Assembly: GCA_014729395.1 (NCBI GenBank)
Contig: WJJZ01000002.1
Location: forward strand, 673 to 64,672
Source of the DNA: Candidatus Magasanikiibacteriota bacterium
GTDB taxonomy: Bacteria > Patescibacteriota > Patescibacteriia > Magasanikbacterales > UBA922
DNA length: 64,000 nucleotides
Reading direction: 5' to 3'
Shown: positions 23,653-35,124 of the stretch, one piece after another
Numbering within the stretch: position 1 is the first letter of the stretch
How the letters are laid out: each line of letters begins with the position of its first letter
Notes under the pieces: generated by a model
Database searches by the model: none
What the model saw: the letters and a program-made list of their open reading frames with translations, nothing else
What the model was told of the DNA's origin: nothing
Position numbers and translations under genes: made by a program

Positions 23653-23872
23653 AGTTCAGGATATATATCATGAACTTTGAAGGGTCGTGAGTATTTTTTG
23701 ATATAAAAAATCATTGCAACTTAAATCATATTAATCAAGATGAAATCAAGGAAAATCTTCGGTTTGTAAAAAGATTCATACCAGGCAATGACTTGCTTGG
23801 TTGTTCTTTATAAAGGTTTGTGTCAATGCCAAGCAAGCCTGGTATGAGTTCTTTTGCTATAATAGGAGGGAT

Positions 23873-24022
23873 ATGAAAAAAGGATCAAAAAAACATTACA
23901 CCCGTCGTCGTCCTGCTCATCCGGATGACGCTCACACAAAATCAAAAAGATTCTTCAAAAGAAAAGGCCGTAAGCGTGTACGGCGGTATCTAAAGGAGAG
24001 TTTGAGAAAAAAAGGAGAATAA
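23873..24022 (+). CDS. Very basic small ORF, 49 aa
   Basis: AGGAGGG lies 4 nt upstream of the ATG. A long hairpin, CCAGGC..CTTGCTTGG / CCAAGCAAGCCTGG, lies at 23776-23850. Confidence 0.4.
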   Translation: MKKGSKKHYTRRRPAHPDDAHTKSKRFFKRKGRKRVRRYLKESLRKKGE

Positions 24023-24034
24023 AAATTCGGATAT

Positions 24035-24500
24035 GCTGATAATGCGGATTTACGGATAGTTTAATCCTAAATTCAAACATCATGTACTTTTATATCCGAT
24101 TTTTTTATACATACTTGTGTTTAGTATTCTTTTAATGGTAAGTTTTTTTATAGTGGATATTTTCTTTTTTTAGTTTTGCCTCCAAGGCATCACCATACTG
24201 TTTTTCATTACATAATCTGCCAAGCTCATTGTGAATTTTAAATAAAAGCCCCCTGATTTTGTAGGTTAAATTTTCGTAGATTAATTTATTCTCCATAACA
24301 ATACATATTTATTTAATTTAAGTTTTTTAAATTTTAACATAATATCAATGAACTAAAAGTAAATTTTTTGTATTAAAAAAATAAAAAAATAATAAAGTAT
24401 TTCTTGTAGCAAAATATTCATTATACGCATCAATAAAACTTTCTTATTTATTAATAATTTATTGAACTAAAATAATCCTATCCGAAAATCCGCATTATCC
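24035..24500. mobile_element. MITE-like element bounded by 23-bp inverted repeats, carrying a truncated GxxExxY-family ORF
   Basis: Left inverted repeat GATAATGCGGATTTACGGATAG (24038-24059). The right inverted repeat at 24478-24499 is its reverse complement with one mismatch. Confidence 0.5.
24132..24296 (-). pseudogene. GxxExxY-family protein fragment (54 aa; full-length members are about 125 aa)
   Basis: MENKLIYENLTYKIRGLLFKIHNELGRLCNEKQYGDALEAKL matches the N-terminal half of GxxExxY proteins (ENELTYKIIG..IEVHKELG). Confidence 0.45.
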
Positions 24501-24556
24501 CTGCCTGCCGGCAGGCAGGCGTATATCTGCATTATAGGCGTATATCTGCATTATAA
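24501..24556. repeat. 20-bp perfect palindrome CCTGCCTGCCGGCAGGCAGG followed by tandem 18-mer GGCGTATATCTGCATTATA x2
   Basis: Read directly from the sequence. Confidence 0.7.
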
Positions 24557-24589
24557 AAAACACCCCGGAATAAACCGGAGTGTTTTTTG
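24553..24589. terminator. Bidirectional intrinsic terminator
   Basis: AAAAAA-CACCCCGG-aataaa-CCGGAGTG-TTTTTT. Confidence 0.55.
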
Positions 24590-26120
24590 TTTCAGATACC
24601 TTCCTCGGCACAGTTTTAGAAAAAACCTCTTTGGGAGGACCAAAACAAATGTGTCGTTCGAGTATCTTATCCCGAAAATCGGGATTATGGTATATTTTAA
24701 ATTTCACCACCTCACAAAGATTTGCGAGTGGAAGGTTATAAGCGATTTTTTCTCTTACAATCTTCCGAATTTATACTATACTTTTAATTTGAAATTTTGA
24801 TGTTTCAGAAAAATATTATCTTTTCCAAACCCTCTACCGAGCCGCTTAGACACTAGGCCTAAGAAACTCAGTAGAAGGTAGGGCGATAGAGATTAAGGGG
24901 AATTTGGGGGGAAAATAATGAATCTTGGGTGGGTTCTGTTGCAGATTCTTTAGGTGAGATCTCTATCGCCCTGGGGTGGAATATATAATATTAATTCCCT
25001 CCTCACAAACTCTTATGGCTTTTATTAAGGATTTGTGAGGAAGGAGGGGATAGTCTTTTTGCACTTCGGGCCCAGTATAGGCCGTCAGTATGAGAACAAG
25101 ACTACCCCCTTTGACAAATAAACCGGTGGGACGATTTTTGAACCGTGAGCTAGCATCACAATTTTTTAATCGATTGGTTTATTTGTCCGGAAATTTTTTT
25201 ACCTTCTCATAGCAAGAATCTACAAGAAGATTTGTGCTAAACAACTTTTTGGGTAAAGTGTTTGAGCTTCTCTGCCATTAAACAGACAGAGCCTTAGGAT
25301 GGGTTCGCGCGTCGCGTTTTTTTTGCTTTGGCGTTAGCCAAAGCCGCTAGTGTAACTAATAAACACTTCGCTTCCCCTTCCGCGCCAAAATGACGCGTGT
25401 TGTGGCAGGAGACCGTTTTGAGCGGTACCTGCAGTTCACTAAAGAACAGATAATTATAGCACAAAAAAAGGATCTTGTCAAGTGTTTATAATAAGATTGA
25501 TTATTTTTTCAAATTTTTTTTAATTTTTTTTTGTGGATAAACTGTGAAATGCAGTTAATAAAATTCAATTTTTTAGCTAAATTTAGCACAAAATAATTAT
25601 CCCCCTTGACAAACATTTATCCACCTGTTCCATTTGACAAAACTCTAAAAATAGGTTATTATTGTAGCGTTAGCTAAATTATTGACAATATTGCCTTTGT
25701 TTAGCAAAATTTTCAGATAACAAAGCCAATGTTGTTAAATTTGACACTTTTTTAATCACGTCCGCTGTTAATTTGTACGAGTCCTTCCCCGATTAAAATC
25801 GGGTTTAGAAATCAAAAAAAGGCCGCAGTTAACCGCGATTACGTGCGCCCCAAAGGTAAAACTGAAAATCAATGTGTCTGAATCGGTTTTCTTGAGGAAC
25901 TTTCTCAAGAAGGAAAGACTTTTGGTGTGCTGGTAATAGGCAAACCATGCACAACAAAAAAAATAAAAATTAATTTCTGAAAAACTCTTATTTAAGAGTA
26001 ATTTTTGTATTGTAAATTAATTCATGAAGTAAATAGAGCTAGTAAACAGTAAAGAGAAATTGAGCAATATTAGTAAAAAACTGTTTACTGTTTACTATTC
26101 ACTATTTACTGTGTATATTT

Positions 26121-29100
26121 ATGCCTATTTATAAACGTCAACCAAGCAAGGAAAAGACAAGAAAATTTTTTACAGACAATCGTGAAGCTATGCCCAGTCC
26201 TGATTTGATAGCTTTGCAAAAAAATTCCTATGATTGGTTTTTTAAAGAGGGGATTAAAGAGCTTTTTGATGAAGTATCTCCAATTACGGATTTTACCGGT
26301 CGTGATTTGGAGCTTTATCTGGAAGACTATTATATTGATGAGCCGAAATTTGATGAAGTTACCTGTCGCAATAAAAATACAACCTACGAAGCTCCGATTA
26401 GAGTTATTGCCAAACTGGTAAACAAAAGAACCGACACCAGCGAATCTCAAGAAATATATTTGGGAGAAATCCCTGTCATGACCGACAGAGGCACTTTTGT
26501 GGTTAATGGAATAGAGAGAGTTGTGGTTTCTCAGCTTATCCGCAGTCCGGGTGCATTTTTTACAGCTAATAATGTTAGAGGTAGAAGATATTACGGAGCC
26601 AAGATCATTCCCAATCGTGGAGCTTGGATTGAGGTAGAGACAGATCAAAACAATGTTATTTGGGTAAAAGTGGATCGAAAACGTAAAGTGGCTGCAACTT
26701 CACTTTTACGAGCTTTTGGCTACAGTACGGATGAGGAAATATATAAATTATTCGAGGATGTAAATACTCATGAAAGTATAGATTATATTGAATCAACTCT
26801 AAAAAAAGATGCCGCAAAAAATGAAGACGAAGGATTGATTGAGGTATATAAAAGAATCAGACCGGGAGACTTGGCAACAGCTGACAATGCCAAAGGTTTA
26901 ATCCATGCCATGTTTTTCAATTTTGACAGATATGATTTAGGCAGGGTCGGAGTCTATAAGTTCAATACCAAATTTGAAATGGATCTTAAAAAGGAAGAAT
27001 ATGATGAAAAGGAAAACAGGGTTTTATCTCCGGAAAAGTTATTAAGAGTTTTGAAAGAAATTGTAAGGTTAAATATCACACAAGAGGAACCGGATGATAT
27101 TGATCACTTTGGCAACCGCAGACTAAGAGCGGTTGGCGAATTGGTACAGAATCGATTTAGAGTTGGTCTGGCAAGAATGGAACGAATTATTAAAGATAGA
27201 ATGAGTACTTATGAACTTGAAGGCTTGTCTCCGAATAAATTGATAAATGCAAGACCAGTAATCGGAGCGGTAAGGGAATTCTTTATGAGTTCTCAGCTTT
27301 CACAATTCATGGATCAGGTAAATCCTTTGGCAGAGCTTGAACATAAACGACGTGTGAGTGCGCTTGGTCCGGGCGGTTTGTCCAGGGATAGGGCAGGTTT
27401 CGAGGTGAGAGATGTACATACTACTCACTATGGACGTGTTTGTCCGATTGCCACGCCGGAAGGACCGAATATCGGTTTGGTGGGACATTTGGCCAGTTAT
27501 GCAAAAATTAATGATTTCGGTTTTCTTGAAACACCATATAGAAAAGTTATAAAAGAGGTACCAAATGAAGCACGATTCACAACCGGAGAAGTGGCTCGGG
27601 AGACGGTAAAGGGAGTGGTAAAAGCAGGTGAAGAAATTACAGATGCAAAGGCAAAAAAACTTGAAAAGAAAAAAGAAGTAAAAAAAATAAAAGTAAAACC
27701 GCGAGCCGGTTCAGAAATTATTTACCTTAATTCGTTTGAAGAAGAAAGAGTGGTTACCACCAGTGCAACAGCACCAGTTGACGAAAAAGGCTTCTTCACC
27801 GAGGAAAGAGTTGCTGCTCGAGACCAAGGTGAACCGACAATCGTACCGGTTGAAGATATTGATTATATGGATGTGGCATCAAATCAGATTTTATCGGTTG
27901 CAACAAGCTTGATTCCTTTCTTAGAGCATGATGACGCCACTCGAGCACTTATGGGTACAAACATGCAAAGACAGTCAGTACCGTGTATTATTACCGATGC
28001 TCCGCTTGTGGGAACCGGTATGGAAAAAACCGCAGCTGAAAACAGCGGACACCTGGTATTGGCGGAAGATGATGGGGAGATCACTGCCGTTGACGGATCA
28101 ATGATAGAATTGACAACAAAAAAAGGCAAAGTATTAAAATATCAATTAAACAAATACGTTAGATCAAACGCATCCAGTTGTATTAATCAAAGACCGATTG
28201 TTTCTTTGGGGCAAAAAGTTAAAAAAGGCGATGTATTGTGTGACGGACCTTCTACTGACCAAGGTGAGCTTGCTCTTGGTAAAAATGTCTTAGTAGCTTA
28301 TATGGTTTGGGATGGTTATAATTATGAAGATGCGGTAATTATATCGGAGAGATTGGTACAAAAAGATGTTTATACATCGGTACATATAGAAGATTACAGT
28401 ACTGATGTTCGTGAAACGAAATTGGGTTCGGAAGTGGTGACGTCAGATATACCAAACGTAAGTGAAGAAAAATTAAAAAATTTAGATTCAGAAGGAATCA
28501 TAAGAATCGGCGCCGAAGTTCAGTCCGGTGATATTTTAGTGGGTAAAATTACTCCAAAAGGAGAAACGGAATTATCCCCCGAAGAAAGGTTGTTGCGTGC
28601 CATTTTCGGCGAGAAAGCCAGAGATGTACGTGACTCATCTTTGTATTTGGAACACGGAGAACACGGCAAGGTTACTGATGTAAAGGTTTTTTCTGCAGAC
28701 GAAGGAGATAAATTACAACCGGGTGTCAGTAAGCAGGTTCAGGTAACAGTGGCTGACATGCGTAAAATACAAGTGGGTGATAAAATGGCCGGTCGGCATG
28801 GTAACAAGGGTGTTATTTCAAAAATTGTACCTGCCGAAGACATGCCATTTTTAGAAGACGGTACTCCGGTGGATATTATATTGTCTCCATTAGGGGTCAT
28901 ATCTCGTATGAATTTAGGACAGCTTTTGGAAACTCATCTCGGTTTAGCTGCCAATGCTTTGGGTTACAAAGCAGCTACGCCAACTTTGAACGGTATTACT
29001 GACGAACAAATAAAAGAAGAATTGGAAAAAGCCGGATTTCCGGTAGATGGACAGCTTACATTATTTGACGGTAGAACCGGAGAAGCTTTTGATAACAAGG

Positions 29101-29558
29101 TAACTGTTGGCTACAACTATATGTTGAAGTTGAACCACATGATTGAAGACAAAATGCACCAGAGATCTATTGGTCCGTACAGCCTTATAACTCAGCAGCC
29201 ATTGGGAGGAAAAGCTCAATTCGGCGGGCAGAGGTTTGGAGAAATGGAAGTTTGGGCATTAGAGGCCTATGGTGCGGCTCATATTTTACAAGAAATATTA
29301 ACCATAAAATCAGATGATGTTCCCGGACGATCAAAAGCTTACGAAGCCATTATAAAGGGCGAGAAAATTAAGCGCGTAAATATCCCCGAATCATTTAATG
29401 TTTTGGTGCGCGAGATGAAAGGTCTGGCTCTCGATGTTGAACTTTTGCGGGAAAATATTCCGGTTGATGAATTGGAAGAAGAAACGGAAGAAGCTGATAA
29501 AGAAAATGAAAACGAAGATAAAGATGATGAAGACAAAGATGGTGAAGAAAAGAAATAG
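26121..29558 (+). CDS. rpoB: DNA-directed RNA polymerase subunit beta
   Basis: 1145 aa. Conserved RpoB blocks include [11 protein letters not shown] and the NMQRQ region. The C-terminus is acidic. Confidence 0.98.
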   Translation: MPIYKRQPSKEKTRKFFTDNREAMPSPDLIALQKNSYDWFFKEGIKELFDEVSPITDFTGRDLELYLEDYYIDEPKFDEVTCRNKNTTYEAPIRVIAKLVNKRTDTSESQEIYLGEIPVMTDRGTFVVNGIERVVVSQLIRSPGAFFTANNVRGRRYYGAKIIPNRGAWIEVETDQNNVIWVKVDRKRKVAATSLLRAFGYSTDEEIYKLFEDVNTHESIDYIESTLKKDAAKNEDEGLIEVYKRIRPGDLATADNAKGLIHAMFFNFDRYDLGRVGVYKFNTKFEMDLKKEEYDEKENRVLSPEKLLRVLKEIVRLNITQEEPDDIDHFGNRRLRAVGELVQNRFRVGLARMERIIKDRMSTYELEGLSPNKLINARPVIGAVREFFMSSQLSQFMDQVNPLAELEHKRRVSALGPGGLSRDRAGFEVRDVHTTHYGRVCPIATPEGPNIGLVGHLASYAKINDFGFLETPYRKVIKEVPNEARFTTGEVARETVKGVVKAGEEITDAKAKKLEKKKEVKKIKVKPRAGSEIIYLNSFEEERVVTTSATAPVDEKGFFTEERVAARDQGEPTIVPVEDIDYMDVASNQILSVATSLIPFLEHDDATRALMGTNMQRQSVPCIITDAPLVGTGMEKTAAENSGHLVLAEDDGEITAVDGSMIELTTKKGKVLKYQLNKYVRSNASSCINQRPIVSLGQKVKKGDVLCDGPSTDQGELALGKNVLVAYMVWDGYNYEDAVIISERLVQKDVYTSVHIEDYSTDVRETKLGSEVVTSDIPNVSEEKLKNLDSEGIIRIGAEVQSGDILVGKITPKGETELSPEERLLRAIFGEKARDVRDSSLYLEHGEHGKVTDVKVFSADEGDKLQPGVSKQVQVTVADMRKIQVGDKMAGRHGNKGVISKIVPAEDMPFLEDGTPVDIILSPLGVISRMNLGQLLETHLGLAANALGYKAATPTLNGITDEQIKEELEKAGFPVDGQLTLFDGRTGEAFDNKVTVGYNYMLKLNHMIEDKMHQRSIGPYSLITQQPLGGKAQFGGQRFGEMEVWALEAYGAAHILQEILTIKSDDVPGRSKAYEAIIKGEKIKRVNIPESFNVLVREMKGLALDVELLRENIPVDELEEETEEADKENENEDKDDEDKDGEEKK

Positions 29559-29599
29559 AACATTAAATTAATTATTATCAATTACTATAAAAAATAAAT

Positions 29600-32500
29600 A
29601 TGTTACGTGATCAAATTAATTTAAAAGATTTTGATTCCTTGCGGCTAAAAGTGGCTTCACCTGATATTATCAGGGACTGGTCATTCGGCGAGGTAACAAA
29701 ACCGGAAACCATTAATTATCGCACACAAAAGCCGGAAAAAGGCGGATTGTTTGCCGAGGAAATATTCGGTCCCACCAAAGACTGGGAGTGCTATTGCGGC
29801 AAATACAAAAAAATTCGTTACAAAGGCATTGTTTGCGATAAGTGTGGGGTTGAAGTTACGCATTCTTTGGTCAGAAGAGAGCGTATGGGTCATATTGCTT
29901 TGGCGTCCCCTGTAACCCATATTTGGTTTTTACGATCAATACCTTCGAAGATCGGACTGGTATTGGATTTATCTATTCAGGCGCTAGAAAAAGTGATCTA
30001 CTTTGCTTCATTTATCATTACCAAAGTGGACAAAAATGCAATAAAGGAAACTCATAAAGCTCTAAAGAAAGAATACAAGTCAAAGAAAAAACAAATCGAA
30101 AATGAATTTAAGCAAAAGTTGGAAAAAGCCAATAAAGAGAAAGCCGGACGTAGTGAAATAAAAAAGTTACAAGATGAACAAGAAGAAAAATTAGCCAATT
30201 TAAAAGAAGATTTTGATGAAGCCGAAAGCCAGTTGAAAGAAATAAAAATGATGAATATTATTTCAGAGAATGATTATCAAGAAATGGCTTTACGTTATGG
30301 ACATCTTTTTGAAGCAAGTATTGGTGCGGGTGCGGTGCGTTCACTTCTTGAAAAACTCGATCTGGATAAAACAATTGATAATTTGGAAACCGAATTGGAG
30401 AAAAGCAAAGGGGCAAAAAGAGAAAGATTGATAAGAAGAATAAAACTTTTGAAAAGTTTGAGACAAAATCAGATAAGGCCTGAGTGGATGGTATTAACCG
30501 TAATTCCGGTAGTACCACCGGATTTAAGGCCTATGGTCGCATTGGACGGAGGCAGATTTGCCACGTCAGATCTAAATGATTTATACCGTCGTGTTATTAA
30601 TAGAAATAATCGATTGAAAAGACTGGTTGATTTGAATGCCCCGGAGGTAATTTGTCGTAACGAAAAGAGGATGCTGCAGGAGGCGGTTGATGCTTTGATT
30701 GACAACAATGCCCGAGCATCGAAAACCGTAACAGCTTCGACCGGTCAAAAAAGACAACTAAGATCTCTGGCGGATATTTTAAAAGGCAAACAAGGAAGAT
30801 TCAGACAAAATCTCTTGGGAAAAAGAGTTGATTATTCCGGTCGTTCGGTGATCGTGGTCGGTCCAAAATTAAAAATAAACGAATGCGGAATTCCAAAAAG
30901 AATGGCACTTGAGCTTTTCAAGCCTTTTGTAATGTCAGAGATTATTAAGCAAGAATTAGCACATAATGTGAGAAGCGCATCCCGCTTTATTGAAAGTAAC
31001 GCTCCTGAAGTTTGGGATATTTTAGAAGAATTAACCAAGAAAACAAGAGTGCTGTTAAATAGAGCGCCGACTTTGCATAGGTTGGGAATTCAAGCTTTCA
31101 GACCTCAATTAATTGAAGGTAAAGCAATTCAACTCCACCCACTGGTTTGTTCCGGTTTTAATGCGGACTTTGACGGAGACCAGATGGCTGTCCATCTTCC
31201 TTTGACAGAAGAGGCAAAGTGGGAAGCGGAGAATTTAATGGCATCAGAGAAAAATCTTTTAAAGCCCGCCACCGGCACTCCGGTAGTAACCCCGGCTCAG
31301 GATATTGCGTTGGGCTGCTATTATATCACCAGATATAATCAGGATGATGAAGGACAGGTAAAAAAGTTTTTCTCAAGCATCAAAGAAGCTAAGTATGCCT
31401 ATCAAAGTAGAAAAATTACTTTAAAAGAGAGAGTACAAATAAGATTTGATGATCTGAGTAAGTTCCCCGAAGGTGAAGGGCCGCTTATCGAAACTTCAAT
31501 TGGGCGAGTTTTCTTTAACGAAGTTTTGCCTGAAAAATTACCGTTTTATAACGAAGCCATCACCAAAAAACATTTGAGTTCCATCATTCAATTGTTGCTG
31601 GAAATTTACGGCCAGGAGGAAACTGCTCATATCTTGGACAAACTAAAAAGAATCGGATTTAAATATGTAACCAAGTCAGGGTATTCTTTGGGTACGGATG
31701 ACTTTGGTCACATAGATGAAAAGCAAGGCATAGTTGATGAAGGGGATGCCAAGGTTTTGCAAGCGCAGGAGCAATACAATGAAGGTTTGTTAACCGACTC
31801 TGAAAGGCATTCCAAAACTTTGGAGATTTGGTCGGATGTAAAAGACAGAGTTTTGTCTTTTAATAAGCAAGCTCTCGACAAAGATGGACCGGTATTTGCT
31901 ATGATTGATTCGGGAGCTCGCGGTTCTTGGGGTCAGCTGGGTCAGGTTATCGGAATGAAGGGCTTGGTTGCTTCTCCAAGCGGTGAGATTATTGAGTTGC
32001 CGGTAAAAGGCAACTTCAAAGAAGGTTTTGATGTCTTGGAGTTTTTCATTTCATCCCATGGTACCAGAAAGGGTTTGTCAGATACGGCTTTGCGTACAGC
32101 CAACGCCGGATATTTGACCAGACGCTTGGTTGATGTGGCTCAGGATGTGGTGGTAATTGAAGACGATTGTAAAGATAAAGACGGAGAAGTGTTTACAAAG
32201 GAAAACTCAGAAGCAATGGGAGAAAAATTATCGGATAGAGTCATGGGACGTTTTGTTATAAAAGATGTAAAATCCGGTAACAAAAAGATTGTTAAAGCAG
32301 GTGAAGTGGTAACCGAAGAAGCGGCCAGACAAATTGAAAAACTTGGAGTGGATGAAGTTCATGTTCGTTCGGTTTTGCAATGTAAATTACCTAAAGGCAT
32401 TTGTGTGAAATGTTATGGCTTTGATTTGGGCAATAACAACATATCTGAAAAAGGCACTGCAGCCGGAATTATTGCCGCTCAGTCTATCGGTGAACCGGGA

Positions 32501-33484
32501 ACACAATTAACAATGAGAACATTTCACTTGGGTGGTGTAGCCGGAGGTGGTGATATTACCCAGGGTTTACCTAGAGTTGAGGAGTTATTTGAAGCCAGGA
32601 ATCCAAAGAGAAAAGCTATTTTGACTGAAGTGGGCGGTAGTATTGAAATAGAAGATGCTGATGGAAAAGTGATAACCAGTTCGACCGGTCGCAAGATTTT
32701 TGAAGGAAGACGCGGTCAGAAAATTATTAAAGTTCACTTTGAAGGAATGGATGAGTTGAAAATAAAAGTAAGAAAAGTGGACGAGTTGAATGTGGAAGAA
32801 GGTCAAAAAGTTAAAAAAGGCGACGTTTTGTTAACCAGAGGTTCTTCCGGAGAAAAAATAAAAGCCAAATATACCGGTAATGTAACAATAGATGGAAAAA
32901 ATTTAATATTGAAATATACCGGCAAACACACCAAAGATTATATAGTACCAATCGGTTATAAATTATGGGTGAAAAATGGCGACACGGTTGAAAAAGGAGA
33001 TCAGCTGACTGAGGGCAGTGTAAATTTACAAGAACTTTTTGAATTAAAAGGCAGAGATGCGGTACAGAGATATATATTGAGTGAAATTCAGGCAATTTAT
33101 GCCGGTCAAGGACAGAGATTGAATGACAAGCATATTGAAATTATAATTAAACAAATGTTCAGTCGAGTGTACGTTGAGGATCCGGGTGAAACGGATTTAT
33201 TACCGGGTGAGGTTGTAGAAAAAGCTCAATTGATGGTGGCCAATGCCGAGGCAAAAGAAGAAAAAAAGAAACCGGCCGTAGGTCGAGAACTTTTCCTTGG
33301 GATTTCAAAGGTATCCTTGTCGACACAATCTTTCTTGTCAGCGGCTTCTTTCCAAGAAACTGCCAGAGTTTTGATCAATGCTGCTATCACCGGAAAGAAA
33401 GATAGTTTGTCAGGTTTGAAAGAAAACGTAATAATAGGACGATTGATACCGGTGGGTACAGGATTCGAGGAAAAAGATGATTAA
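29600..33484 (+). CDS. rpoC: DNA-directed RNA polymerase subunit beta'
   Basis: 1294 aa. Zinc finger [19 protein letters not shown] and the catalytic NADFDGD motif. Confidence 0.98.
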   Translation: MLRDQINLKDFDSLRLKVASPDIIRDWSFGEVTKPETINYRTQKPEKGGLFAEEIFGPTKDWECYCGKYKKIRYKGIVCDKCGVEVTHSLVRRERMGHIALASPVTHIWFLRSIPSKIGLVLDLSIQALEKVIYFASFIITKVDKNAIKETHKALKKEYKSKKKQIENEFKQKLEKANKEKAGRSEIKKLQDEQEEKLANLKEDFDEAESQLKEIKMMNIISENDYQEMALRYGHLFEASIGAGAVRSLLEKLDLDKTIDNLETELEKSKGAKRERLIRRIKLLKSLRQNQIRPEWMVLTVIPVVPPDLRPMVALDGGRFATSDLNDLYRRVINRNNRLKRLVDLNAPEVICRNEKRMLQEAVDALIDNNARASKTVTASTGQKRQLRSLADILKGKQGRFRQNLLGKRVDYSGRSVIVVGPKLKINECGIPKRMALELFKPFVMSEIIKQELAHNVRSASRFIESNAPEVWDILEELTKKTRVLLNRAPTLHRLGIQAFRPQLIEGKAIQLHPLVCSGFNADFDGDQMAVHLPLTEEAKWEAENLMASEKNLLKPATGTPVVTPAQDIALGCYYITRYNQDDEGQVKKFFSSIKEAKYAYQSRKITLKERVQIRFDDLSKFPEGEGPLIETSIGRVFFNEVLPEKLPFYNEAITKKHLSSIIQLLLEIYGQEETAHILDKLKRIGFKYVTKSGYSLGTDDFGHIDEKQGIVDEGDAKVLQAQEQYNEGLLTDSERHSKTLEIWSDVKDRVLSFNKQALDKDGPVFAMIDSGARGSWGQLGQVIGMKGLVASPSGEIIELPVKGNFKEGFDVLEFFISSHGTRKGLSDTALRTANAGYLTRRLVDVAQDVVVIEDDCKDKDGEVFTKENSEAMGEKLSDRVMGRFVIKDVKSGNKKIVKAGEVVTEEAARQIEKLGVDEVHVRSVLQCKLPKGICVKCYGFDLGNNNISEKGTAAGIIAAQSIGEPGTQLTMRTFHLGGVAGGGDITQGLPRVEELFEARNPKRKAILTEVGGSIEIEDADGKVITSSTGRKIFEGRRGQKIIKVHFEGMDELKIKVRKVDELNVEEGQKVKKGDVLLTRGSSGEKIKAKYTGNVTIDGKNLILKYTGKHTKDYIVPIGYKLWVKNGDTVEKGDQLTEGSVNLQELFELKGRDAVQRYILSEIQAIYAGQGQRLNDKHIEIIIKQMFSRVYVEDPGETDLLPGEVVEKAQLMVANAEAKEEKKKPAVGRELFLGISKVSLSTQSFLSAASFQETARVLINAAITGKKDSLSGLKENVIIGRLIPVGTGFEEKDD

Positions 33485-33495
33485 TAAGAAATAAA

Positions 33496-33526
33496 TAAAA
33501 TCCCGATTAATATCGGGATTTTTTAA
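33496..33526. terminator. Intrinsic terminator after rpoC
   Basis: AATCCCGAT-taat-ATCGGGATT plus TTTTT. Confidence 0.6.
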
Positions 33527-33540
33527 TAGTAAAATTATTT

Positions 33541-35124
33541 TTAATAAAGTTCAATTTGTTTTGCTTGATTGTAGTAATAATCTGCTTTTTCTTCATCACC
33601 GAGAGCTTTGTAAATATCACCGAGACGTTTGTATGAGAAAAAGAAATTATGATTCAATTCAATACTGCGCATTAAATGAGATATCGCTTTTTTGTAATTA
33701 CCTTCATTCAGATAGATGTTGGCTATATTATAATGAACCTCTGCGTGACTATCATTAACTCTAATTGCTTTTAAATAATATTTTTTTGCTTGGCTGAATT
33801 CTTCTTTTTTTGTATAAGCCATGGCCAGATTATTCAGGACTCTTGAACTTCCTGTCTCATAGCTTAGGATATAATTGTAAAAAGTGATGGGATTTTTCCA
33901 TTTTGAGTTTGTTTCCAAAGTAATTGCCATTAGAATAATGACGACCAGGCATGTACCGGCAATTAAATAAAATCTATATTTGGAATTAAAAAAGTAACGG
34001 TAAATTAAAGTGGATATGACAATAAAAAAACCCAGCGATGATGCATATAGCCAATGCTCCATTATGAAAGCGTTTAATGGGATTATACCGCTTATAGGTA
34101 GCATTGTGACTAGCATCCATAATATGCCAAAAGTAATTAATTTATCCGGCTTTTTAATAGCTTTGTATAAAATTAAAGCAATTACGGACAGTATTATAAG
34201 AGAAAAAAGTACCGGTAAATTAAAAGGGCTTACAAATACCGGAAAACTTCTTTCCATGTGTAAACCGAAAGGCATGATCAAGAAGGAAAAATATTCCGGA
34301 ATAGTTGCAATAAAAGTAAGAATGCGCACAAAGATACTTTCCGTATAGATGTTGGCCGATTTATAAAAATTTAAACTTCCTTCAAAGTTTAACAAAGTTA
34401 GTCTAAATATGGCGAAGGTTATTAAAATGACAAAATAAGGTAAAGAATATGAAACAATCTTTTTTATTTTTTTTGAAAAAAATACTGATTCAGTCAGTAT
34501 TATCAAAAGTGGAAAAACCAAGTAACTCTCTTTGCTTATTAAAACAAAAACAAAACAAAGTATTGAAATAATAAAAAAAATTATATTGTTTTTTTTTCTG
34601 TATATTGTATAGCAAACTAATGAAAGCAAAGAGAAGAAAAATGCCAAAGGGTCTGCAGTTCCGCTAATATAGGTTACAGCTTCGGTATGAATAGGATGAA
34701 CCACCCAAAAAACAGAGGATAAAAAAGATATTACTTTGTTTTTTGAAAGTTTATATAAAATTAAGAAAATAAGTAGAGCGTTGGCAAGGTGAAGAGATAT
34801 GTTTAGCAAATGATATGGCCATGGCTCCAGGTTGAATTTTTTATATATTAGTGAATAAGCCGTTAGCTGAATGGGTCGATAAAATTTATCCATTCTACCG
34901 GCACCGGCACCGATTGGGTTGGTGAGAATTTTTTTTATTTCAAAATTATGTACATACTGATTTTTTTCCAGTAAAAATTCGTCATCCCATAGAAGTTCAT
35001 TATTATAAACATTGATATATGCAGTAAAGCCAATAATGAAGATCGTTAATATTAAAAAAATATTTTCATATTTAAAGAAATATCTTTTAAAAATATTAAT
35101 ATATTTTGTCTGTTTAGAAGTCAT
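33541..35124 (-). CDS. Polytopic membrane protein with C-terminal TPR repeats (PMT/ArnT-like glycosyltransferase fold suspected)
   Basis: More than 10 hydrophobic helices. C-terminal TPR-like repeats AEVHYNIANIYLNEGNYKKAISHL...YKRLGDIYKALGDEEKA. Confidence 0.6.
   Translation of the reverse strand: MTSKQTKYINIFKRYFFKYENIFLILTIFIIGFTAYINVYNNELLWDDEFLLEKNQYVHNFEIKKILTNPIGAGAGRMDKFYRPIQLTAYSLIYKKFNLEPWPYHLLNISLHLANALLIFLILYKLSKNKVISFLSSVFWVVHPIHTEAVTYISGTADPLAFFFSLLSLVCYTIYRKKNNIIFFIISILCFVFVLISKESYLVFPLLIILTESVFFSKKIKKIVSYSLPYFVILITFAIFRLTLLNFEGSLNFYKSANIYTESIFVRILTFIATIPEYFSFLIMPFGLHMERSFPVFVSPFNLPVLFSLIILSVIALILYKAIKKPDKLITFGILWMLVTMLPISGIIPLNAFIMEHWLYASSLGFFIVISTLIYRYFFNSKYRFYLIAGTCLVVIILMAITLETNSKWKNPITFYNYILSYETGSSRVLNNLAMAYTKKEEFSQAKKYYLKAIRVNDSHAEVHYNIANIYLNEGNYKKAISHLMRSIELNHNFFFSYKRLGDIYKALGDEEKADYYYNQAKQIELY

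Noticed and set aside
26106-26648. 180-aa antisense ORF at the rpoB 5' end, and other short antisense ORFs within rpoB, rpoC, ftsK, pnp and ftsH
   Set aside because: They overlap highly conserved housekeeping genes on the opposite strand. They are AT-rich low-complexity translations.
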